A DNA stretch of 64,000 bases from Octopus bimaculoides (taxonomy: Eukaryota): the NCBI RefSeq assembly GCF_001194135.2, contig NC_068993.1:3502986-3566985 (forward strand). Reading direction: 5' to 3'. The notes beneath the pieces are model-generated. The model worked only from the letters and a program-made list of their open reading frames with translations, made no database searches and was not told where the DNA came from. Position numbers and translations under genes: made by a program. Positions 1 through 11,800 of the stretch are shown here, in pieces. Each line of letters opens with the position of its first letter. The first letter of the stretch is position 1.

Positions 1-281
1 ACATATATATATACATACATATATATATACATACATATATATATACATACATATATATATACATACATATATATATACATACATATATATATACATACAT
101 ATATATATATACATATACATATATATATACATACATATATATATATACATATATATATATACATATATATATACATACATATATATATATACATACATAT
201 ATACATACATATATATATATATACATACATATATATATATATATACATACATACATACATACATATATATATATATACATA

Positions 282-321
<40 letters not shown>

Positions 322-420
322 CATACATATATACATACATATATAAATATATATATATATACATATATACATACATGCATGCATATATAAATATATATAT
401 ATACATACATACTTATGCAC
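1..420. repeat. Compound (AT)n/(ATAC)n microsatellite
   Basis: Directly visible alternating atat/acat units. Confidence 0.97.
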
Positions 421-638
421 ATATATCAATTGGTGCTTAGAACTGCCAAACATTGGATTTTTTGGAGCTAATTTTTTCCCCAACATATCTCACTGATATC
501 CACTTTCTGTTTTTAATTCACTTCTCACAAATTACTTTGTATACATCCAATATATATATACACACACACACACAATTAAATGACTCCTCTCTCTTTACAG
601 CTATAAGTGCATTACGTATTTATGAGTGTGGGTTTCTG

Positions 639-672
<34 letters not shown>

Positions 673-1779
673 TCTGTGTGTCAATATTTGACACAAGTTT
701 GCATGTGTTTGTACATAGGTATTTATTTGTAAAATCGTGTGTGTGTGTGTGTGTGTGTGTGTGCCTATCATCTGCTATGTTCACCTGAAACATTTCCATT
801 CTGATGAGAATTCTTTTGCACTGTAGATATAAACCGTCCTTTGGGACACAACAAACAGAGAAGAATATTATAGTATAATCTTGAGATATCTTCACAACCA
901 ACCATACACACACAAACTTGCACACGCATACGCACACAGACAAACAAACGCACATGCATGCGCACACACACACACACACACGCAAACAGACAGTGAGACA
1001 TATCCATTCAAAATCTGACATGCACAATCACACATATTTGATAAGAATTGTTATGCACATACACACACAAATATATATATGTATGATCAATTACACACCA
1101 ACACAAACATAGGTAAATATATACATACATACACACACATATATCCATAATAACATTTGTTACTCACATACACACACAAGTACATATCTGTCTAACTACA
1201 CACATACATCACCACACAGACTACCACACACACATAACTCCCCCTACACACACACACATAACTCCCCCTACACACACTCACATATAAATATTCTCACAAT
1301 CACCCATTCTTTTTCTTTATTTCCATTCCTTACTCTACTTCAACATCAGTTTATTTCTCAATGGTTCTTATACTATATTAATTTTTCTTTCCTTTGAGAA
1401 TGGCTACCAATTTCTTACCTGGCCATGATGCCATTTCTAGAGAAAATGGCGCATTAAATTGCCCCACAGTAGAGAATCACTAATTCTGAGAGAGAGAAAA
1501 CAATAGATTCCAGCACAGAACTAGACTGATAGTATATTTGATGGCTTTTGATGGATGAAATTGGAAGATGACTTTGCTAGGATTTGATTTCAGATCAGAG
1601 AGGATTCGGACAAATACATCCCAAGACATTCTATCCACCACTATGACAATTCCGCTAACTTATCTCTACAAACAACCATTCTTACACTCTGAAGTATTGG
1701 CATGAACACTAACTCGTTTATACATACATGCACACACACATATAGTGATGTGTATATGAACATGTATGGTTTTCATCTT

Positions 1780-1930
1780 TTAAGTGTTTCAGTCATTAGA
1801 AAGCTCCCTTGTTGTGGCTGATACCAAAAGTTGCTTTTAAAACCTAGTACTCATTCCATGAGTCTCTTTTGCAAACAGCTAAGTTATAGGGATGTAAACA
1901 AATCAACACTTCCTGTGAAGCAGTGGTGAG
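1780..1930 (+). mobile_element. Old CpG-decayed SINE tail fragment (family 2)
   Basis: Similar to the tail of the fuller copy at 31500-31700 (gctaagttatagggatgtaaac...aacac), with CpG changed to TpG/CpA. Confidence 0.55.
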
Positions 1931-2399
1931 AACAAATACTGATATATTTAATAACGAACCATGTAATTCAGACTCTGGAAATTTATTTCTTTTCTTAAAC
2001 ACAAGATATAGTCTATAAATTTAGGATGTTTTTGAAAGATACTATATTTTAAAATCAGAATATATATACTTTCTCACACAACAATTAAAATATATTTATT
2101 TTAAATTGTTCATGTCGCCCCCACCTCCCGCCCACACAAACACAAATTTGTTTGGGCGCGATTATTATTATTATTATTATTTTCCTTAATGAAAATCGTA
2201 CAGGTGAAAAGATCAATGCGGTGGTGGTGGGGGAATTTTTCGAGGCTTCCACCTCACCTCACCCCGTTTTTCGGACCAAAAAAAACAGTTTTGTAGCATA
2301 TTAGGAGGCCACAGGAATTCATTAAACGANNNNNNNNNNTTTTTCCTAGTGAAAATCGTGCGGGTGTTAATATCCTAAAAAGGATCTTTTTAAAACGGG

Positions 2400-3195
2400 G
2401 GCCACATTTTTCATTAACGAAACACTTTGAAACTTGGAACACTGGTAGAATGTGTCATATAAAACATCTTTTTCTCTTAGTCTTCTTAAAATAAAAAGAA
2501 ATCCATAACTTATTCCATTTTAAAGTTGTCGTATTTCTGTAATTTCAACCAATCGCTGACGTCCATTCAGCCGATATACATTAAGTGCCGACTACATAAA
2601 CAAACGATTCTTAGGGTTTAAGCAAAATTAAAATGAAAAAAGCAAATAAAACGAAGGTACCGAAATTATTTAACAAATTATGCTTTACACTTCTATATTT
2701 AACTGTGGGTGTATATTCCTTATTTTTGCTTCTGGTGTCTTCTGCCTTTCTATTAGAATTCATTTAAAGAGAAAAAAAAAATCGTATGCAACAGATAATT
2801 CGTCTTAATAACATATTTCTGTGTACCAGACCTTTGGCTGCTATTTTTAGCATAACGAGTTTCCTGGTGAGGGCTTCATATGCCGTCGTTGCCTGTTTGT
2901 TGTTTCAGTACAAATCTACGGATGCACAAAACGGAAAAAATTAGACAAATATAGACGACTTATTCAGAAACACCCGCATATGGGCAACAGTTCTCAAAAT
3001 TAGCCCCCAATAATTTTCCCCAAAAAATTCCTATGTCTTTGGAAGCTACATAGTCTGAGGTATATTTGTAGAGAATTTCATTTAAAAATATCCATTTTCT
3101 TCAAAGTTGTGGACTCCTGTAAATATTCCGAAATTCCACTCCCCAACTCCTAAAACACTTTCCCCCAATTTTGTATATTCGGAACCTACACGATA
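2400..3195 (+). mobile_element. Internally deleted copy of the foldback repeat family
   Basis: 2418-2575 is inverted-homologous to about 6300-6445, and 2530-2610 is homologous to 5821-5900. It runs into ttagggttta at about 2611. 2830-3195 is a direct homolog of 6690-7020. Confidence 0.7.
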
Positions 3196-4489
3196 TGGCA
3201 TAACAGCAGATTCCTGCCCCGCACCCCGACTTTGGATGAACATAACTTTCAGAAAAATGGATATTTTTTAATGAAATTTTCGACAAATATACCTCGGAAT
3301 ATGTAGATTCCGAGAACATAGGATTTTTGTGTGTGTGTGGGGGGGGGGAACAATTGGGGGTTATTTCTGAGGACCATACCGCACTTGGGAGTATTTCTGA
3401 ACAAGTCGTCCATATTTGTTTAATTTTCTCCGTTTTGTGAGTTTGTGCATCCGTAGATTTCTACTGAAGCAGCTGACGATGAAGCTGTCACCAGGAAACT
3501 CGTTATGCTAAAAATACCAGCTAAATGTCTAAACATTTCTAACAGAAAGACATTGAATTGAATAATTCCCTGTTTGAACTTGTTTAATTACATATATATG
3601 TGTGTGTGTGTGAGAGGACACTGACAATAAGCATGCCATCCCTTTTAGCTTTATTTCTTTACTCTCCGTCTTAATGACGGATTTTTCTAATTTTATTCTT
3701 CACTCAGACCTTCCAGGTGATGTGGTGGTCGCGGGGGACATTTTACGAAAATTTTTTTCTTTCACCTCAGCCCCCACACACTTAAAAACCATGGGAGAAG
3801 CCGTTTCGGTTTTCCTTTACATCACTCACCTTTTCTTGTGAAAATATAATTCATTTTTTAACGGTAAAGGTTTCTCCCATCGTTTTTTTAAGTGCTTACC
3901 ACAGGTAAAAAGATATTAAAAAAAGGCCCCGGTTGGGGGTAAAAAGGAGAAAGGATGGAGGTGAGAAAAAGTTAGACCCTGGTGAAAAAGAAATTAAAAG
4001 AATCCCCGTCAAAAAAGGGGAGATTTCTGACCCCAAAACTGCCAAATTCTGAAATTAGCCATTAGTCATTTTGCCCCGAATTTAGACATAATTTTCTGAA
4101 AATGGAAAAATTATCAAATTAAATCATTAAAGTGGGGGGAAAACTGAGGTGGAATGCAACAGAGGAAAGGATATTAATTGTTAAACACCCAAAAATTATA
4201 TCCAGATATTTTGATTTGCAGCTTCAATTAAAATCGAATCGAAAGTTGAGGAAAAAAATGTCTTGAAAGAAAAAAAAAAAAAAACATTCCTTAGAATAAT
4301 TTCAAATGTTTTGGCGAATTGGAAATGGAACAAAATAACGAAAATATATAGACAGAAGAAGGAAAGGGTTTCGAGTTAATGAAAGAACATTTCTGACTTA
4401 CCTTTTCGTTTCCTCAGAGAAATAATAAAGTTTCTTGCAATTTACCAATATTTGTGTGTGAGTCTTTTTAATTCCTGGGTCTTTGGTCA

Positions 4490-4884
4490 ATCATTCATTT
4501 GTCAAAAATACATTTTCAACTTCTTTCTGTTTATTTCTACAAAATGTGGGGAAGAATTTGGAAGAGGAACCATAAATATATGTCGATATTTGCGTTTAGC
4601 ATGCGTCCACAATAATTTGTGTGGACACCTTTGGCCTTCGTCAACAAATGATTTAGAAAATGGTTCACCGTGAAATATTGGAAACGTTGATTTTGCAAAT
4701 GACGGTACGTCGTCCATTCGTCGGTGAAAATTATTCTACCTGGGTGGACATGTGGATAATAGATTCCAAGGTATCCATGGACCGTCTATTATCCCGGAAT
4801 ACTGAAAGGAAGCAGTTCGTGAGATTCTTTAAAAGAGATTTGAAACAAATATCCTGTTTAATCATTTTGCTGAAGGTCTTTGAG
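4490..4884 (-). pseudogene. Merlin (IS1595/ISXO2-like DDE) transposase, C-terminal half, frameshifted
   Basis: Minus-strand translation across frameshifts gives CFLSVFRDNRRSMDTLESII / PGRIIFTDEWTTYRHLQNQRFQYFTVNH / GVHTN / LWTHAKRKYRH. This matches the Merlin pattern CFLV..DRS..TL..II..PG..I.(S/T)D.W.AY....H..VNH....GVHTN.IE.LW..AK. Confidence 0.85.
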
Positions 4885-5280
4885 GTTTGGCCAATGGACA
4901 AAACCCAACGACATGGATTCTTGGTGGTGTTTATATTTGTCTGGTGTTCTTCAGCACAGATTATGGCACTGCGGGGGTTCTAAGAAAGTTCGAAAAACAT
5001 TTACCATTTTCAGAAAGTGGTCAATATTTTTGTGAAGGATTCGATTCCAGTAAAAATCCGGTTTGTGATGTATATATTAGGATAATCCCAGAGGAGTTTA
5101 GGGATTTCTGCAAGGAGTGACAGATCAATTATTTATAATTTTATCCGGTTTTAATTATTATTCTGCAGCAATTTGGAATCGAAACAATCATCTTCAGTTG
5201 TCCAGCTTTTATTCTCTTCCAATTTTTATTGAAACCATCGTCTTCTTTTGTCTAGTTTCTCATTTTTTTAAAATTCTGAC

Positions 5281-5816
5281 ATGGATATCATGCAATGTCC
5301 TCCATTTCACTTATCAGACGACTTTCCAATTTTCACTGACCATGACGGACTAATTGAACGGTTAAAAAGATATGGACTTTTAGCTCAAGCTCATGTCTGT
5401 CAGTGTGGCCGCAATTGTTCCTTTGTTAAATCATCGCAGCACCGAGATCTATATGCTTGGAATTGAACTCTGCTCGGCGATGTCGGAGGTGTCACTCCAT
5501 TAGAAATGAATCGTCTTTCTTCTCGAATAGCCACATATCCTTATGTATAATAACTGCAGTTTCTGTATTGGTGGTCCATTAACGAACCACTAAAAACAAT
5601 TAAGCATGAACTTAATATTGCAAGTTGGTTTACTGTGGTGAATTGGGCTAATTTCTGCCGAGACATTTACGTCAAAACCATTATTAACAATCCGGTTACG
5701 ATTGACGGTCCTGAAACCGTGTTCGCCATTAACGAATCGAAATATTTACGCGACGGAGAAAAATGGCGGAATGCGCATGACGTCAAGAGTTTTGGGTGGG
5801 ATTGAATTGGCCAAAC
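5281..5816 (+). pseudogene. Merlin transposase, N-terminal half, frameshifted
   Basis: Translates in pieces to MDIMQCPPF...GLLAQAHVCQCG / RRCRRCHSIRNESSFFSNSHISL / LYWWS...HELNIASWFTVVNWANFCRDIYVKTIINNPVTIDGPETVFAINESK / VLGGIE. This matches Merlin TVVDW.NFCREVC...IGGPG..VEIDESK...WVFGGIE; the catalytic D of IDES reads N. Confidence 0.88.
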
Positions 5817-5951
5817 ATATCGTATTTCTGTAATTTCAAACAATCACTGACGTCTATTGAGCTGAATACAGTTAGTGCTGTTTTGTAAACAATAAATTCT
5901 TGCCGTGTCAAGTATGTTATTCCTTGTTTAATTATACCATTATTCCTTAGT

Positions 5952-6131
5952 AAGGGTTTAGGGTTTTAGGGTTTTAGAGTTAGGGTTAGGATTAGGGTTA
6001 TGGTTATAAGTTATAGGGTTAAGGTTATGAGTGAGGTTATGGCAAAAATAATCATAACCCTAACCGTAATCCTAAAACTAACCCTAACTCTAAAACGCGA
6101 ACCCTAACCCTAAAACCCTAAAGCTAAAACC
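5952..6131. repeat. Head-to-head degenerate telomeric repeats (TTAGGG)n then (CCCTAA)n
   Basis: G-rich tract 5952-6042, 10-bp spacer, C-rich tract 6053-6131. Confidence 0.9.
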
Positions 6132-7199
6132 AGTACAAACGCACGAACGATGTCATAAATAACAGTGACAAACGAAATATATACCGCTGATAGTTGTTGT
6201 TGACAACGGATACTTTTTGTTGACAAACAACGGCACTAATTTTATTCAAGGGAAAAGATCGCCTGACACCGTTGTTTACATTCCACGGCGTAATTTTTCC
6301 ACCTCAATAGACGTCAGTGACTGGTCGAAATTACTGAAATACGAAAATTTTTTACATGTAATAACTTCGAATACAAACATTTTTATCTCTTCTATAACAC
6401 AAAATATACAAGTATTCGAAGTTTGAAAGTGTTTCGGTACCAAAAACACTACATAAAACATAAATGAAAAATGTCCCCCTCGACCACCACATCACCTGGA
6501 AGGCCTGAGTGAAGAATAAAATTAGAAAAATCCGTCAAAACGGAGAGACAACAAAAAAAGCATAAACGGGTGGCATGCTTATTCTCAGTGTCCTCACACG
6601 CACACACACACACATATATATATGTAATTAAAAAAGTTTAAACGGTGAATTATTCCATTCAATGCCGTTCTATTAAAAACGTTTAGACATTTAGCTGGTA
6701 TTTTTAGCTTAACGAGTTTTCTGGTGACAGCTTCATTGTCTGCTGCTTCAATAGAAATCTACAGATGCACAAAACGGAGAAAATGACACAAATATGGACG
6801 ACTTGTTCAGAAATACTCCCGAGTGCAAAACGGTCCTCAAAAATAACTCCCAATTGTTTTCCCCCAAAATTTCTATGTTCTCGAAATCTACATATTCCGA
6901 GGTATATATGTAGAAAATTTCATTAAAAAATATCTATTTTCTTGAAAGTTAAGACGAATTGAAATGGACGCCTAAAACACTTTCCTCCAAAAGTTTTGTA
7001 TATTCGGAATCAACACATATTCGTGGAAAATTTCATTAAAAAATATCCATTTTTCTGAAAGTTTTGATCATCCAGACTTGGGGTGGGGGCATGTCCATGA
7101 TATAACACGTATTCGTAGAAATTTTCATTAAAAAATATCCATTTTTCTGAAAATTATGATCATCCAGACTCAAGGCGGGGTCAGAAATATGTACTTATA

Positions 7200-7328
7200 C
7201 CTCTGTCTATCTAACTATCTGTCAGTCTATCTATCTATCTCTCTGTCTGTCTGTTATTTATCTGTCTGTCTGTCTTTCTATCTGTCTGTCTATCTATCTG
7301 TCTGTCTATCTATTTAACTGTCTGTCTG

Positions 7329-7399
<71 letters not shown>

Positions 7400-7400
7400 A
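7200..7400. repeat. (TCTA/TCTG)n, (CT)n and (TA)n microsatellites
   Basis: Directly visible. Confidence 0.95.
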
Positions 7401-8129
7401 TTCTGATACATATGCTCCTCTTCAGACTCTGTGTTATTCATTCACACTGTATACAGATGTACTAGTAGCTGTATATTTATGGGTGGATATACATTCACAG
7501 ATACACACAGCTACCTCTACAACCATGTATACAAATACATAGATAGGTACACTACTACACATACCATATGCATATAACACTCACACACAAACACATATAC
7601 ACACAGCAAACAACATGATTTTAATCAAGAAATCATTTTGAAATATGAAATAATTAAAAGCTTGTCAAACATATCAGAATCCTGGAAGAGAAATATGGCA
7701 GTAACAGAACCGCTCCTCAGTTTATATTCCAGCTTCTGAAGAAATCTTCTTCAGCTAGTAGCAGACTTGCATGATGTTTACAAACTTTATCCTATTTCAA
7801 TATTTGTCTCTGGTCATAGACAGAGAAAGAAAATAAATGCCAGTTGTTGGTCAATCTTGGAAATTCATGAGATAATGTGTCTTTATCACTTATATGCTCA
7901 TATTTGTGAGCATATAAGTGTATTTATAAACATATATACACATATGTTATCATCAACTTTGTCACTTTAAGCATTGCCTTTCCATGCTTGTAGTGGTCAG
8001 GTGGAGTTCATTGGGGTAGATTCTGTAGTTGGATTTTCTTCCTGTCACAAACTCTGATCTGCTTTCAAGGAAGGTAGTATTTCCCCACTGAGTAAACATA
8101 TTCATCATCATCATCATAATCATCCTCAG

Positions 8130-8450
8130 CATCGTTTAATGTCTGTTTTCTATGCTGGCATGGATGGGATGGACAGCTTGACAGGAGCTGGCAGTCCAGG
8201 GGCTGAACCAGGTATCATATTGACTTTGTTTCCACAGTTGGATACCCTCTTTAAAGCCAACCACTTTACATAGAGTAGTGAGTGCTTTTTATGTGGCACT
8301 GGCACCAGCGCATTGTATGTGACACCAGAACCAGAGCTTTTTAAGTGGCACCATCATGAGGGATTTTCATGTAACACCAGCACCAATGCTCTCTATGTGG
8401 CACCAGCACAACTGCTTTTTACATAACACCAGCAGATCTTTTGTGGAAGC
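8130..8450 (+). mobile_element. SINE-like repeat (family 4) followed by a ~26-bp minisatellite
   Basis: Shares the gctggcat...gacaggagctg...aa(t/a)gccaaccactttaca motif with 15945-16095, 18232-18370 and 20600-20690. About 7 degenerate atgtggcaccagcac units follow at 8282-8450. Confidence 0.6.
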
Positions 8451-8906
8451 ATGGTTTTAGAATATCAGTTCTGTTGTAAAGGATGAGTCCTCTTGAGTAT
8501 AGCAATGTGCCATATATCTTTAGTCATCACTTTCATAAGTCTCAGTGCTTTGAGATTGGCTTCCAATATTCCTCCAACTTTCGCAACTTCCAGACCCTTT
8601 CAGTGATTGGAACTGTTTTACAATATTTTTTTTTTTTGGTAAAACACTGGAAATGAATAACATTGCAAGTGTGGGAGTGAAACTCAATTATAGCTGTTAA
8701 GCAATGTCAGAAAGTGTTACAAACATACACTCGCACAAACATATATGAATTCATATATATACTACATCCATGTATATATACATACATACATGTTTGAGTT
8801 CCTGATACAGAATGTAGCATCTGGTATCATGTCTGTTCCACAAATACGTCTAGTTTTACATAGCCTTTTGGGTGAAACTGTTGGACTGAAGCTCTGTCTA
8901 TGATCA

Positions 8907-8989
<83 letters not shown>

Positions 8990-9905
8990 AAGAGAGAGAG
9001 ATGTATTTATATTATTCATATATAAATATATATCTCTGTCTTTATCTCTCTCTCTCTTTATACACACACACACACACACACACATTAAACACACAAATAC
9101 ACAAACATTTGTGTGTGTGTTTCAGTCTGTCTGTTTGCATGTGCATGTGTGTATTTGCAAGTAAATTAAACAAACTAATAAACTCACAGAGAACTAATGA
9201 AGGAGTCTGTAAGTTTGTGTATCTGAATTTCCTCTCTTACTGGAAGGAACTATTTATGGCATGACATAAATCGTCTCTTTCTTCCTTTCCTTTGTTTTTG
9301 TGTGTAGTTTGATTACCTTCGTTCATTAGTCAGCCAACTATAATTACCAGACTTTGTTTACCTCTAACTTATAATAAACATTGCTACTTAGAGTCTGATT
9401 ATCAATATTGAGTTTCTTGTTCGTTGATCAGCAGAACATGGGTGCGTTCGTATGAAATCCGATTATGACCTGGGCATCAAATTCTTTAGAAAACAACAAC
9501 AGATAAGTGGGAATTAAACAAAGCTTAGTTAATTATATTGACTCTTGCTTATTAATAATTGTGTTTACTTTGGAATGAAGGAATGGTAAATGTAAATATT
9601 CTCGAGAAGTGTAGAACTGTTGCAAGGAAAAAGTACAGGTGGAAATTTATTTGGAATTTCCAACAGATATGATTGAAGTATATCAACGCTGAATAATTAT
9701 AGTAATTATGATTTATTTAACTGACAATGAAGAAAGTGGCCTCGGGGGTAATTAGTTTAAAAACTGGACTGCTAGGTTATTAGTTCAAACCCTTCTTTAT
9801 CTATTTATCCCTTCCTTTGCTGTTTCTATCACCTTCCTTTCCTATGCCTCTGGTAATATATTTGATAAATTGTGACCGCAGCAAACTTTAGAGTCTGTAA
9901 TGCTG

Positions 9906-10070
9906 CTAACTTTGTTTGTATTCATCTTCATTCATATTAACATAGCTATTGTTAGCAAAGGCAATGCGTCTAAATTCAAAAACAATCACATTGTGATATC
10001 TCAATTCACTTGAATAACACTTAATTCTTTCTTCACATAATCCCCTCAAAATTGTAGATTTCTGTTGCTG
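9906..10070 (-). CDS. Candidate unidentified exon (QQQKSTILRGLCEERIKCYSSELRYHNVIVFEFRRIAFANNSYVNMNEDEYKQ)
   Basis: Strong acceptor ttttctcttttattag on the minus strand, and only one of three frames is open. Possible donor AAA|GTTAGC, or stop TAG at 9906-9908. No protein family recognised. Confidence 0.35.
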   Translation of the reverse strand, partial: QQQKSTILRGLCEERIKCYSSELRYHNVIVFEFRRIAFANNSYVNMNEDEYKQS

Positions 10071-10311
10071 CTAATAAAAGAGAAAATCATCCCTTTTGGC
10101 CAAGAATTGTTTTATATTGTAAGCAGCTTTCATTGCAAAACCTTGTAAAATATTCCTTTCAGAAATGATGAACTCAAGTCGTGTAGGATTGACAAATCTC
10201 TTTTGTTAGATTTCTTACATGTTGCCAATAGATTCTGAAAATCACTAGGCATCAGACAGAAGCAAACTGTTGTTTACCTTTCAGAAATTACATCTGATTG
10301 TCTATCTTTCT

Positions 10312-10355
<44 letters not shown>

Positions 10356-11258
10356 NNNNNNNNNNTTCTTTCCATAGTTCTTCAGTGATCAGTCTTCTGT
10401 AAAAGCTTGTACTCGCTAGTTTCATTTTGGACATGTTAGCATATCCACCATCATTATCATTGTGATCCTTCATCGTCATCATCACCATCATCCCCATCAT
10501 CCTCACGCTGACTGCACTCATTGACTTTGTCTTCATCTCATTATTACCACCATTCTCATCATCACCATCTTCATCATTCTCCCCATCTGCATCCTCCACT
10601 CATTGTCATCATCATCATCATCATCATCGTCAACACCTTTATTCTTTATCATTTTAATTACCATGTAATTTATTTGTGTAGGGTAATAGATGGCTGCAAT
10701 TAATCTCCACCTGTATTAAGTTTAATAATCATTTGTGATCATGTGATCTTGAGATCAAGCTATTTGGATTTGAATTCCTTGGCAGAATTTGAACCCAGAT
10801 CAGAATGCACAAAGCATTTCCCAATATTTCAACAACTCTGCCAATTCACCAGCCTAAACTAATAATGTATTTATCAACCTGAAACGGGAAACACTAAAGT
10901 TTGACCCTGGCAAGATTTGAACTCAGTTTGCTGAGAATCATTATTAATACTGCAAGGTGATTTATCTAGCACTCTAACAATTCTGCCAGTTTATCATTTC
11001 GGACAATATGGTCTGTTTAGTCACCGCAGTCCTTCTTAAAATGAGTTTCTTAAACAAAGTGATTGATAGACAGTTCTGTTTCTCCTCTGTGGAATTTCCC
11101 AAGCTTCTCTTGTATTAACTTAATCGATCAGCATTTATTCACAGAAGATTTGTGCTTTATCCTGGGAATGTGACCAAACATATGCTAATAAGCTCCACAC
11201 TGTCCTGACTTCTTTCTCTTCAGCTGTACATCTTAGAAAATAATGGTTTATACATTTA

Positions 11259-11490
11259 GGGCGGTGAACTAGCAGAATCGTTAGCACGCCAGACGAAATG
11301 CTTAGTAGTATTTCATGTGTCGTTACATTCTGAATTCAAACTCCACTGAGGTCGACTTTGCCTTTCATCCTTTCGGGGTCGATTAAATAAGTGCCAGTTA
11401 TACACTGGGGTCAATGTAATCCACTTAACTTTGTCTGTTCTTGTGTGTCCCCTCTATGTTTAGCTCCTTGTTGGCAATAAAGAGATAAGT
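11259..11490 (+). mobile_element. tRNA-derived SINE (family 1)
   Basis: ggcggtgaactagcagaatcgttagc head, ttctgaattcaaa B-box-like motif and gaggtcgactttgcctttcatcctttcggggtcg core, repeated many times in the window. Confidence 0.85.
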
Positions 11491-11569
11491 AATATTAGCA
11501 CACCAGGCAAAATGCTTAGCGGTATTTCGTCTCGCCGAGTCTGCTCCTAAAGCTGTGTGAATGGTTGAG

Positions 11570-11800
11570 TAATTCACAGACATGCATACCTTCAATGTAG
11601 TTCTCAAAGAGATTCAGAGTGGCACCAAATGAGACATGGCTGGCTCTTTGATATACAGGTACTCCTCACTTTTGCTAGCTGAGTGGAGTGGAGCAACATG
11701 GAATAAAGTGTCTTGCTCAAGGACACAGCATGCAGCTGAGATCAAACTCACGACCTTATGATCATGGGCCAAATACACTAACCACTAAGCCACATGCCCA
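11570..11800 (-). mobile_element. tRNA-derived SINE (family 3, gtgtccttgagcaagacac core)
   Basis: Minus strand reads gtggcttagtggttag (A-box) ... gtgagtttgatc (B-box-like) ... tgtgtccttgagcaagacacttt; homologous to 28280-28452. Confidence 0.8.

Larger units (their letters stand above)
3200..7195. mobile_element. Foldback/long-TIR DNA element; left arm interrupted by a ~2 kb insert
   Basis: 3210-3746 and 6467-7190 are inverted homologs (e.g. ccttccaggtgatgtggtggtcg vs cgaccaccacatcacctggaagg). Inner arms 5821-5861 and 6303-6343 are inverted, and the centre is a telomere-like palindrome. No TSD identified. Confidence 0.7.

Noticed and set aside
3465-3510. CTGACGA...GAAAC hammerhead-like spacing in the foldback arm
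   Set aside because: Stem II does not pair, and the core is not conserved in the two sister copies (about 2850-2890 and 6700-6745).
4887-5120. 77-aa ORF with WILGGV, superficially like the Merlin WVFGG motif
   Set aside because: Downstream DDE motifs (D.W, VNH, HTN) are absent; unresolved without a profile search, so not called.
7678-7774. Short plus-strand frame ILEEKYGSNRTAPQFIFQLLKKSSSASSRLA*
   Set aside because: Only 31 codons with a weak polypyrimidine tract; within chance expectation.
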